This document shows positions 52,685-64,000 of a stretch of 64,000 nt of DNA, one piece after another. Below the pieces are notes generated by a model. The model made no database searches and was not told the origin of the DNA. It worked only from the letters and a program-made list of their open reading frames with translations. The first letter of the stretch is position 1. Each line of letters opens with the position of its first letter. The stretch is taken from positions 7,189,186-7,253,185 of the forward strand of contig CM082589.2 of the NCBI GenBank assembly GCA_040954595.2, given 5' to 3'. This stretch comes from Balanoglossus misakiensis. Taxonomy: Eukaryota > Animalia > Hemichordata. The translations under genes and the position numbers were made by a program.

Positions 52685-55600
52685 TTACTATTATTTACTT
52701 AGTCGTGCCGCCACGACTCATATTACTATACGTCTGGCTGTCTGTATGTATGTAAGTTGGGATGAGTATATATAAATTATACGTGAGACTGATATATTAC
52801 GTATGTATATACAATCCAAGAACGAACACATTCTTAGAGTTAACTCTGTCCTGTGTAACTAACACTATGACACCATTCAGGTACACATTCTGAATTAGAT
52901 CTCGGTGCATCTAAACTGTCACAGAAACTAGTTCCTTTTTAAAAACACGGGAGTACATTTCATTTCATGGATATACTCAGAAGTGGAGCAAGGTGTGAGT
53001 TGAGCTCCCCCCAGAAATCCAGATACATGGCGAGTTTTTTGCGAGAAGAGCCCCAGGGAGACCGCCTGGGAAGCCGTATCACATCGAAAAAAGTGTCGAA
53101 GTGTTGTTCGACGTGTCGGCTGTCTTGTCATTCATTTGTGCCTTTATTGGCAGCAGCGCACTGTTGACAGGGCAACGCACGGCGCACACATTAATTGTAA
53201 CCCGAGACATAATCCGGAGACCGCGCTACGAATATCGGGTCGACAGCGGATCAAGATGGCTATTTCCTCGGTGGCTGTAATCTGTAATTCTTGATTACAA
53301 CGACTCGCTCTTGCTGAATCGCGATTGAGGTTAATGTTTAATAAAATCGCCGTAAAGAAATCCCGGCTCATAAAGCGACACCGGCAAGTTTAATATCGCA
53401 AGAAACAGTATCCCACGACTGTCCCTACAAGCAATTGCTCGATACGTGATTTTGCATATTGAGGGAAACACTGCAATACAACCAAAACAAATCGCCTTAA
53501 AGTGCATAAAAATATCAAAAATCCAATTTCTTTCAAAAAACGTCGTGCCTCGTAGATCAACTTCGCGCCCCTTTTAAAAGGCAAAGCATAGCAAATGAAA
53601 GGAAATAAGGCGTTTTACATTTTTTTATTCAAACCAAAGTGCTCTCTTCATTCCGCTATGATTAAAATTTCCCCGTTTCAATCTCTGTTCGTATACCATT
53701 AGTAAAACAAGTCGCTTATTGTTTTTGCTTTTCCAATGCATCTTCCCTAAATCAAATACCTTCCCACTGTGTTTGCAGCAAATTAATTTCTCTGTCTAAA
53801 GCACTAGGAAGTCACGACGCCTTCAGAAGCGCCCACTTCTAAAGACTATATAAAAAAACCTAGCAGCGAGCGTTAAGGTAGTATGTACCACAGGAAAAGA
53901 TTTTCACTCCAAACCTGTCTGTGTGACAAGTCTTTTTTGGATAAACAAAGAAGTAAAAATAGTTTCCACCTTCTTGTTTCATAAAAAAACAGTACATACA
54001 TTTTCCTCGTGGAGTTTAACATACATGTGTAGAGGTTGGCGGCCATTTTGAATATCAAATCTGCGACAATTGGCTCTACAGCCTCTATAGCTGCCATTTT
54101 TTTGCATTATTTTCATGATTTTATTTTCCAACTTAAATGGGTCCATCTAAATAAGCCTCCGGATAGGTATACATGAACACCTTATCGATGTCCGATTGTG
54201 GCTGTATGTAGCAATTTTAAAACGCTATGATTTAAAACGGTGCCGCACCGATTTAATCAGCGTCCATACAAAAAGTGCGCAGCTATCGTGGCATGCATCG
54301 CCAAGAGACGACAAACTGATGCAAATGCAAATGGTGAGGATATTAGAGGATAGGGAATATATTTTAAGTATTTTACTGCGGAAAACAATATGGGAAATTT
54401 GGCAGCTATAGGGGCTTTTTAAAATATTGCGCGTTGACAACCATTTTTAAGTCTCGATTTCAGGACAGAATAACCTAAAGGTGCCTTGAGCAAAAGGTTT
54501 AAGACTTTGGTTTTTAGAGGCGCAGGCTACATTAATAATATTTTTTATCAAGACCTTTCTTAAGCTTTTAAGAAAAGGGGGATGATATTTGCTCTGGAGG
54601 CGCAACTTATGATGAGCATTGTTATAACAACAGCGCGTTCTAAATTTGAAGACATATTTCCCTATCACTGAAAATGTAACTAAAGGTTATAGCAAGTGCT
54701 TCCAGCTGGGAAGCATTTGTGGTTGTTCTTTACACACAGGTATTTCTCAGCCTGTTGGCAGCGATAGCAAAGTACTACTACTTCAAAAGACAAACGCTAC
54801 AGGAGACGAGAATATGAGAATGTATGGTCGTGAACGAAAAATTGCCCTTTGGTGAAATCATAAAATAATGACCCTCCAAATTGCTGAAACTGGAACGGGC
54901 TGAAATAAAAATCTATAAATTCGCAGGTTTTGCAATTAGACATATAATTATTTTCCTTTGTAATTTATATAGGTCACTGCTCGACACGCCATAAAATAAT
55001 AGTATATAACATGGGGCGTATGTAGGCTTTAAGAATCAATACCAGTATTTTCTCAAGAATTATACAGGTAGTTTATGTCGGTTAAAATGACACACTTTCT
55101 CGAATTGCACTTCAGTTGTATCCATATGCGCCAGTATTTTTGCCTTTTCTTCGTTATTTAGGTATTTAATAACAGTATTTCGAATCAATGTGCTCGCGTT
55201 ATATAAATTTTATATAACGCGAACTCTGACAGACCTGACTTCTTGCCTCGGGACTAAACATGTAAAATAAAACATTTTTTTTTAAATTCTACATTAGTGC
55301 GTTTGAATATTTGGCATTTAAGCAACGCGAACGCGAGCATAATGGACTCGTCATGCAAACCAGCCGCGGTTTATCACGGCTGCCATAACCTACATACATA
55401 GCAGTCAATTTAAATGTCAGACTTCGTTATCAGCAACCGGTCTCATTGATATTGCGCATAGCTACGTCATTCTTCTCAGCTGATAGAAGATACATCGCTA
55501 TTCATGTGTAACGCCGTCCACGCAAATAGAGTAAACAATCCGCGTAGCACGGGCTTTCATGGCGGCGAATTCTCAATTCATAAAAGAGAGCTGTTTTTCC

Positions 55601-58600
55601 CTTCGTAAAAACGTGATAGGCATAATGACCATCTAACCCCTCAGTGAAACCGCAAGAGTGACAAAGTAAGATGGGTAATTAAAATTTTAAGACCAAATAG
55701 ATCTGAAAGTCACAAGAACGGGGCCGGCGAGTCTCGCTTAATGTACACCCTGAGTATATACGCCACACGGCCACTCTTCCGTAATAAATCTGATAATTTC
55801 TTTCAACGAGCGACACGGAAATCGTTTCAGTGTTCTCGGAGCTGAATTTGAGGCAATGGCGTCGTGGTTGAATCGCGCAGAACGTTATTTCAATGTCTCC
55901 TGGTCTGAAAGGGGAAAATTGCTTGGTATAATATAATATAATATATAATTGATGACTATTCGGGTTTAAGTCGATTCTACTGAAAGATTCTGGGAATGCT
56001 TTCAGATACAGGCACCCACTGATTGGATCTGATAGAGCCAACGGTATAGACGTGTTATAATGACTGTATAAAAAACCTGGAGGTGGCCATTATAAATTCA
56101 GCATGCTTTTGTGAGCGCGCCGCCTTTCTTTATGAGCTCGCGTAATGCGATATAAATCCTTTATCGCCACAAAAATATTTCTGAGATAACAGTATGATAC
56201 ATTGTATGATTTCACTTGGTATTATAGTAAAAAATGTCATAATACTGCAACGCGTTTTCGATCTAACACATCACCAATAATATATGAATCTAGTCCAGCT
56301 TTGTTATACAGAAGCATTCGTTCAAGGTTTGTGTTTTCATACATGGCTTATTAACCTTTGTTCACCTTGACAAATCTTTTGTCTGCGCGTGTGGTTTCTT
56401 TGAATTAGCATCGAAGATTAAATAGCCTTCACGAATATTAAAAGTCCATGTTGTTTTATCAATGTGAGTGGTTTGTTTAATCTCGAGACCTTGTGTACAA
56501 ACAAGAGGAGCCTCCATTACCTATAACTTTAATGTGTTGAGGTTTCAAGTGAAGACTGTATAGAGTCAAATGGAAAAATTCGCGCGATTCCTAGAAAAAA
56601 GCCCCCAAATTAGTATTTCTTGTTTGCGAGGTTTTATCTGAAGGCTGTATAGAGTCAGATAGAATAATTCGCGCGATTCCTAGAAAAAAAGCCATAAAAT
56701 TAATATTTCTTGTTTGCAAAACGTCGGGAGCTTTTGATGAAATATTGAAAAACAAATGATTTGCATTGACCCCCTTGAGCATTGTTGAATGACCTGGAAA
56801 TAATCTGGGTTTTGTTTTGAAGAAACTCTCTCGCTCACAAATAATATCCCCAACCCCCGAGCTCGAAAATAATGACCGAAGCCTTATCTTCTCATAATGC
56901 GTTAGTACCATGTCGTTACCTTCGATAAGCCCGTTCTTTGGAATTACCGATCTCTGCGACTCAAATTACTGCCGTAAAGATGGGGTCACAAAGACGGAAC
57001 GACTAAGTCACTGACCGAACTAGGTATCAAAGTCCTTCAGTGACTCAAATTTGAACCTGTACCAATCGACGTAGATTACCAGCAAAGGCTTTCATGTGCC
57101 TATCCCCCCCCCCAATAAACTCTGAGCTGACCGATAACAAATCGAAATACACGTACTAATTAAAGATTATATACAATTTTGATAGATGGAATTGATAGAG
57201 TATATAATTTGTAGAGTATATATGAGAATGTATGGCACATTCCAATAGGTGCGAGCATACCCGTCCATATTCATAGGTCAAAGTTCATAGGTCAACTATC
57301 ATATTTACATGTACATGGCCAGGTGCAAGAAAAAGACAAAACGCTACGGCACAGCTCAGTACAGACAATCAACAAAACGCACAGTCAAGTCCGTGAAAGA
57401 AAGATGTATGGACTTCCGGCAAAAGGACCAGGAAGTGATGTCACATATTTCGAAAATAGTAAGCCTACCCTTGCCCACATGTGGTAACCGCCGTGTTAGA
57501 AGAGAAACGCATCACTACAACAAGTAAACATGTTCTGTGAAACGTTTCTTCTAATGGATATGATGACTTAGAAATGATGACTTAGAATTATGCGTGGAAC
57601 CCCGTTAGTCGCATGCTTCGCTTTGCTTTTTTCCTTTTCTTATTGAATTTTATAGCTTCTCCGCGCTGAGTAATGAAGTGCTTCTCCGAGTGAAATGTCA
57701 TCGGCTAGGATAACAAAAATGTTACAGTCAATATTTCACGCAGAGTTAGTACTTAAGAGCCAGCTGCCGCTTTTCTGGCAATGCGCATGCGGCATGGGAA
57801 ATAATTGGTTTGGAAAATCCGATAACCTTGGCAACCGGGCCGTGGGTAAGTCACCTGACCGCGAAATCTCTTTGGCGCGACCAATCCGAAACACCGTAAG
57901 TAAAACGCCGGCATACACATCGAAATTTTAGCGTACATATACAAATAAAGAAATAAATCATTACAAATAAATAAATGCGGTACAAATACTGAAATGCAAG
58001 AAGGGTATCTATCGCATATCTGTTGTAGGCCACCTGCATTGTTTTGAGTTCTATATGAACAGAACGACACGTCAGACTATTTATCAACCGGATAGTTGAA
58101 AGTACACGCGAATTATACTCTGCTTGTAAGTGTGTTAACTGCCCGTTTGAATTTCTATCAGTACTTGGTCGGTCGGAAAGCAGTTCAACACATTGAAGTC
58201 ACTATATTGCTCAATCAATCTTTGCGTCTCCTCGCGAAGCTACTACACGCCATCTACAAATCGATCAGCGGCTTCTGCGTCCATTAACGGCCGCTCGTCT
58301 GGAAAGTGCGAATACAGTTCGAACAGGTTTGTTTTCCCGCCGCCTAGCCTACATGTACTCACTTGTAAACAAGTCACTGGTGGGTATGTTTTGCAGTTGC
58401 GCCAGGCATTCGCGTGTTTTTGTGGCACATAAAAAAGTTGAATGTTTCTGATGTTGAATCGCTTCTTGCTACGAGGTGCAATTCACTACATTGTTTTGCG
58501 AGCTGATATTGCCATAGATGGTAAATGTTGCCAAATGATGTTGTGTGTAATTTTTCGTGAAATTGTCCATAAACAGAATATTCCTATTGGCAGTGGTAAG

Positions 58601-60164
58601 TATGTCTTCTTCTATTTGGAGACAGCATTAATATGGACTGAAATTATGTCTAACGATATGCTTTTACCAGTCCCTGTGCCTACCATTTCTCTTCACTAAC
58701 AAACATGTTTATCAGATAGCTTCTGAAAACGGTTTTCGTTTCAAAAACATGTATATCATTTCTCATTCAGTCACGCTTGTATTGTCGACTAGAGCATCAT
58801 GTTCCGGGGCATTTACTGGACGTGTATTTCAGTTTTTTTTTCGCAAAAGAAATATTATTTTGAGGCGGTTTCTCGTTCAACTCAAAGGTTGTAAACAAAT
58901 TTTCAGAAGTCCCAAATGTTGCAAATCTCAATTAATTTCTCCTACCCGGCGCCTTCACTGTTAAAATAATTATTTAATTTTATATAAGCGTGCCTCTTGA
59001 AGAGTCTGGAATGATAATTAGTCTAATTTAGCACTGTCGGCTGCATTATATTGGGATTCTGGACAAAAGCGTTATTCCGCCATAAAACCTGTGACGGTGG
59101 TAATACTCGGGCTTCGCGGATGGTGATATCTTTTCACCTTGTTTTGATGTTGGGTGTATGTTTCCCTAATTTAAATATTCACTGCCAACAGCTAAGCATA
59201 TTCTGCTCGTGCGCAGTTGCCTTTGTAGAGATACATGTTCCCTACGCTGCCTCACATTTCAAAGCGAGGTTGCTTCAAAACCGTCGTGAGTATACTAGGT
59301 ACTTTCAAACACAGTATGTATGTTAAACATGTGTATGACATATTATCTCAAATGTTGTCAATGTCATACGTTTTTGCGCCGTGTTAACTTTCCAAATGCT
59401 TGAAGATTGATATTTTGCACGCAGCGATGGTCTAATTTGAATATGGAGCAGGTGTTACTAACTCTTTCAGAGTATCTGACACCACTTCTTGATTTGACAA
59501 GAGGAAGTCTACACGTCTTTCTGCCTTGACTGCCTGAGTGTTTGCTGTTGGCGTAATTTTTGCTACAGATCCTAGAATTTGCTTGAAACAAACGTTTCGT
59601 TACAATCTCATTGCAGAGGTAGGGATGGACAGGCTGGCTGTTCTGTTCGCATTGTTTGTCGCCTAGCAACTTGTGTCTGTTTTTTCTCACTTTTTCTCTA
59701 AAGGGATGGTATAAGTATAATTTACATTTAATATAACCTGCATCCTAAATCTTAGCCACGTGCCCCCGTTTTCAGCTTGATTGAAATACTTGTACGTTAG
59801 AGTGAGTGGTCAGTGAATGGAACACAAATGCAGTGCGGGTTGTTAATTTGACTGCGTGCTCGGCGGTGATTGGCAGAATTTGCATTTACGAGGGAGCGCA
59901 CGAGGGTTTACTAAGTAAACACTCCTATTGAGGTATGACAGGTACATGTATACAGTGAGACAGTTGTAAATTGATGATGTTATGCAGAGCAGTATAGGAA
60001 GCTGTTTGGCTTAGCAAGATTTGGATATTTGATTTAGTCTCTAATTCTCCCCTTTTTACTATTTTGTTTCAAGCAGCACTGAATCGGAATGATTTGACTG
60101 CACTAAACTAGCAGCAGACGAATCTTCTTTAATCACGCAAAATAACAAGGAATCAAGGGACAAG

Positions 60165-62535
60165 ATGGCAATTCTGGACGTGACCATCTGTGGCATCACG
60201 TTAATGCTGGCGGTGACCCTGTCGTCCGCACAGACGGTCGAACCCGCGCCGACCGTAGCACTGTTCACCACGGACGGCACCGAACTCTCGGCGGCGACGA
60301 CCCAAGCTGGCGACCTCCTGCCGTGGGAGAACGCTACCGCTTCAACGGTAACGGTCACTGGCACACGAGCGCCAAGAACCAGAGAGGGGGACAGCGGGAA
60401 TGTGACACTGAACGTGGTGGGTTTCTTTCCCTTCCACTCTGACACAGTACATCTTGGAGGGGTAATGCCAGCCTGTGAGATGGCCGTGGAACATGTCAAC
60501 GCCAAGGAGGACATACTGAATGGATACTTTTTGAATGTCGATTTTGGTGATACTGAGGTAAGGCAATGATTCTCCAAAATATATAATTATAGAATATGTG
60601 TATAGACGCAGTATCATAAAAAGCAAATGCACGTATATGAATGAATGAATGAATGAATGAATGAATGAATGAATGAATGAATGAATGAATGAATGAATGA
60701 ATGAATGAATGAATGAATGAATGAATGAATGAATGAATGAATGAATGAATGAATGAATGAATGAATGAATGAATGAATGAATGAACGATTGATTGACACT
60801 TCCACACCCAGCAAAAGATAAACAGAATTTCTTTGGCGTGATTTTCTCTCTTTTCAGTGTAACCCTGGATACGGTACAAAGGTGTTGTTTGAATTTATAA
60901 ACGACGGTAAAGACTACCACATGGCGCTCGGACCCGCGTGCTCAGGAGTTGCTCAACCCGTTGCCATGGCAGCCAATTTATGGAACCTCGTGCAGGTGAG
61001 TAATTTGACGTCACTAGAATTGCAATGTTGACTTTCGAGTTACGAAGAAACTCCAGAAATTCAGAGATGAAATATGAAAACAAATTTGATATATATTTGG
61101 CCGTGAAAGTTTCTTTGTGATACCTTCATTTCAGAAGCCGTTCATGTTATCAAGGTTCTATTCAATGTACAGTTTTCTCACGTCAAGATCAAATGATCTC
61201 CGTCAATGTGAAAACACACTGATTTATATTTGGAAGCGAAAAACCGACAAACAGCTCAATTTAAACAAAGACATGAACTACATTAGATTAGAGGGCCAAG
61301 TTATTTCCATCACATCTATTCTAGTTTTGTGAGACCTCTGGAAATAGGAATTTCTGAGTTGGCAGAATTTTAGAGCTTTAGTTTTGGGTTTTGTGGTACA
61401 TTAGAATCAAAGTTTGCCACCCTTATTACTCTGAACATTCGTTTTGGGCCGTTAAAAATTTAAAAACAGTTGTCACAGCATTGTTTGCTAACTGAAACAG
61501 TAGATACAACACTTGTTGATTGACTGCGCGCCCAAATCGATACGGCTAGCTCCTTTCAGCTGTGGCTAATGGATTGTGAAAAGACCTCACCGCTAAATCG
61601 ATACCACGTTCGTGCGTTCCTTTTGCAGGGAAAAGGTCTTTCATATAGTATACACGCATCTGTATTTAGATGGAATCAGTGTAAGAATATTTGCATGTCA
61701 ACTTTACAAAGCTGCACAGGCTCGCGAATTGTTATAGGCCCAAGAGGCGGTGTACAAACTAGATTGTCACACTGTCTCATCACTGTTCGATGACCAAAAT
61801 TAAATTCAATCAATTCGATTCTCTATCATTTCGACCTCAGAAACCCCTACCTCAATTGGTGTGTGAATTCAGATGAAACGATGCAATAAACCATACCTTC
61901 CTGAAAGAGAAAGAGAAAATGTTTTAAGGGCAACGATACAATGCCTTTTGTTAGCATTCAATTTCTTCAGCTGAATAAAGTTAGAATATACATATTAGGT
62001 GTTGATTGCGGTGGTTAAAGGGACAATGTCTCTCTCTCGCTGCCCTTTTTCCATTAATTATGTTTGATACAAGACACCGTTTATGTTATACAGTGAATGA
62101 ACTTTCAACCACACACACCTGCCATCCCACTTATAGACACGAGAGTGAAACATCTCCCCAAAATGAATAATCAGTCTCTACCATTTATTCATTTTGGGCA
62201 AGTTTTTAGTCTCATATCCTACAAACGGGATGGAAGTTGTGTGTGGTCGAATGTTGATTCACAATATATCCACATGTAGAATAACATAAACGGTGTCTTG
62301 TATAAAACATTAATGCAAAAAAGGCCTGTGAGATAGAGACTTTGTCCCTTTAATATATCCACAGGTATCGTATGGAGCCTCGAACCCCGCACTGTCCAAC
62401 AGAAAACGCTATCCCTCCTTTTACCGCACCTACGCTCCCGATTCTGTGTACAACCTGGCCCGACTCGACATCGTCAAGTATTACGGCTGGACCAAAGTGG
62501 CGACTTTACATGAGAACCAAGAACTTTTCTCTTTG
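60165..62535 (+). CDS. GABA-B receptor-like class C GPCR, N-terminal Venus-flytrap (ANF_receptor-type) exons; 3' part lies beyond the window
   Basis: Exon 60165-60557 (signal peptide, Thr-rich stalk, VVGFFP..GGVMPACEMAVEHVNAKEDILNGYFLNVDFGDTE), 60858-60995 (CNPGYGTKVLFE..LGPACSGVAQPVAMAANLWNLVQ), 62365-62535 (VSYGASNPALSNRKRYPSFYRT..GWTKVATL). These are typical GABA-B ligand-binding domain motifs. The subtype is not resolvable and the 7TM region is not seen. Confidence 0.88.
60638..60786. repeat. (ATGA)n microsatellite
   Basis: Direct inspection. Confidence 0.95.
62015..62353. mobile_element. T2/Kolobok-type palindromic MITE, copy 5
   Basis: TTAAAGGGACAATGTCTC...GAGACTTTGTCCCTTTAA, ending 11 nt before a GPCR exon. 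Confidence 0.85.
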
Positions 62536-62744
62536 GTAAGTGAATCTGTGATCGCAGGACAACCCCTTCCCGTCTAGAACAGGGTGACAGTCGAGCGATG
62601 AGAATATAGTCCATGGGCCAGACAGGAATTTGGTATCAGAAAGATGGACAAAGCCTCATGTGGTTTTTTGGAAAGGCCTATATCTCTAGATTATGAATTG
62701 GGGTGATAGCCCTGCCTATCGAGTAGCTTTCTGCATTTTTCCCC

Positions 62745-63880
62745 TCAAAAACTAATATAAGAACATAAAAATTTCCGACCCAAATTTTGGGGGTAGGGGA
62801 ACTTTAAATTGCTGTAACTCCAGCAAAACTAAAGCCAGAACAGTCATTTACCACTCAAATTGTGTGTTTTTTAGAACTCTACCAATATAATATATTTTGG
62901 TGGTAATTTGTTTTGAATTGAGGTCAGTAGAGGTCAAAAGGTCATGAAATTTGGGTCATTCTGAAAATTTGTAGTATGACTATTTCTTGAACGATTTTTT
63001 TGAACTTAAGTCTTTAAATGCCATTTACAAGATAAAATACTCTCCCAGAATCTATTTCAAACCAATAGAAAATCTTATTATTCATTTATGACCAGAAAAA
63101 CACAAATAAGGAGAAACGACAGAAAGACATCCAATTTTCCACCCAGATTTAAGGGTAGGGGAAACTTAAGTTCTTGTAACTCCGGCAAAAATAAACCCAG
63201 AACAGTCATCTACCACTCAAATTGTGTGTTTTTTAGAACTCTGCCAATATAATATATTTTGGTGGTAATTCGTTTTGAATTGAGGTCAATAGAGGTCAAA
63301 AGGTCATGAAATTTGGGTCATTCTGAACATTTGTAGTATGACTATTTCTTGAACGATTTTTTTGAACTTAAGTCTTTAAATGTCATTTAGAAGATAAAAT
63401 ACTCTCCCAGAATCTATTTCAAACCAATAAAAAACCCTATTATTCAATTACGATCAGAAAAACACAAATAGAGAGATACGGAAGAATGGCACAAGACTTC
63501 AGACCCTGATATTGGGGTAGGGGAAACTTAAGTAGTTGTAACTCCGGCAAAAATAAAGCCAGAACAGTCATCTACCTCTCAAATTGTGTGTTTTTTAGCA
63601 CTCTACCGATTGTAATATGTATTTGTTGCAATTTTATTTTGAATTTAGGTCAATGAGGTCAAAAGATCACAAGATTTGGGTAATTTCGAAAAATTATGGT
63701 ACGAACATTTCCCGCATTAATTTTTTAAACCCAAGTCTTCAAATGTCATTTATGAGATAAAATACTCTATACCATTTTTTTCCGACCAATTGAAGACCTT
63801 ATTATTCAATTAAAATCAGAAAAAAATTAGTAGAGAAACGGGATAATAACAAACAACTCCCACGGATTTTGGGGTAGGTT
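62745..63880. repeat. Tandem satellite, about 3 units of ~363 bp, intronic
   Basis: GGGTAGGGG(G)AA..GTAACTCC(A/G)GCAAAA..AGAACAGTCAT recurs near 62790, 63152 and 63514; a degenerate start near 63870. Confidence 0.9.
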
Positions 63881-64000
63881 TGGCCATCTAACAGGTAAGT
63901 ATACACCCAACTGATCATGCACATATGGTGTTTAGGAGAACGGATGTGCAGATTTGTGAACCTTTGCATGCTGCTCATGTGCACTGTACTTGTATGATGA

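Noticed and set aside
51400-60000. Many short ORFs between the LTR-like element and the GPCR
   Set aside because: No homology or consistent exon chain found; probably intergenic or 5'UTR-intron DNA with decayed repeats, e.g. a ~90-bp tandem duplication near 56555-56720.

Overview
Eukaryotic, intron-rich, AT-rich animal DNA. It is probably from a marine invertebrate deuterostome such as an acorn worm, but that is an inference from repeat and gene style only. Most entries in the supplied ORF track are microsatellite or MITE artefacts, or single exons. Manual splicing with phase checks shows that ~1-44.4 kb is a tandem cluster of six paralogous multi-exon genes (A-F) that I cannot assign to any known family. 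The five complete genes start with an N-myristoylation-type MGxxxS motif. All six are built from 1-3 copies (13 in the window) of a ~85-100 aa module: a helical half ending in C-[LMV]-x-[YF]-C, then a beta-strand half ending in [DN]-x-x-G-x-P. The two halves are encoded by separate exons joined in phase 0. Gene C ends in a 12-copy array of ~184-bp exon+intron units. Downstream are a minus-strand gene for a secreted stand-alone PCSK9-type Cys-rich C-terminal domain protein (45.9-48.5 kb) and the 5' end of a GABA-B-like class C GPCR (from 60.2 kb). The window also holds TTAA-flanked palindromic MITEs, two probable solo LTRs, satellites and long microsatellites. All gene models are hand-built from sequence and need transcript confirmation.
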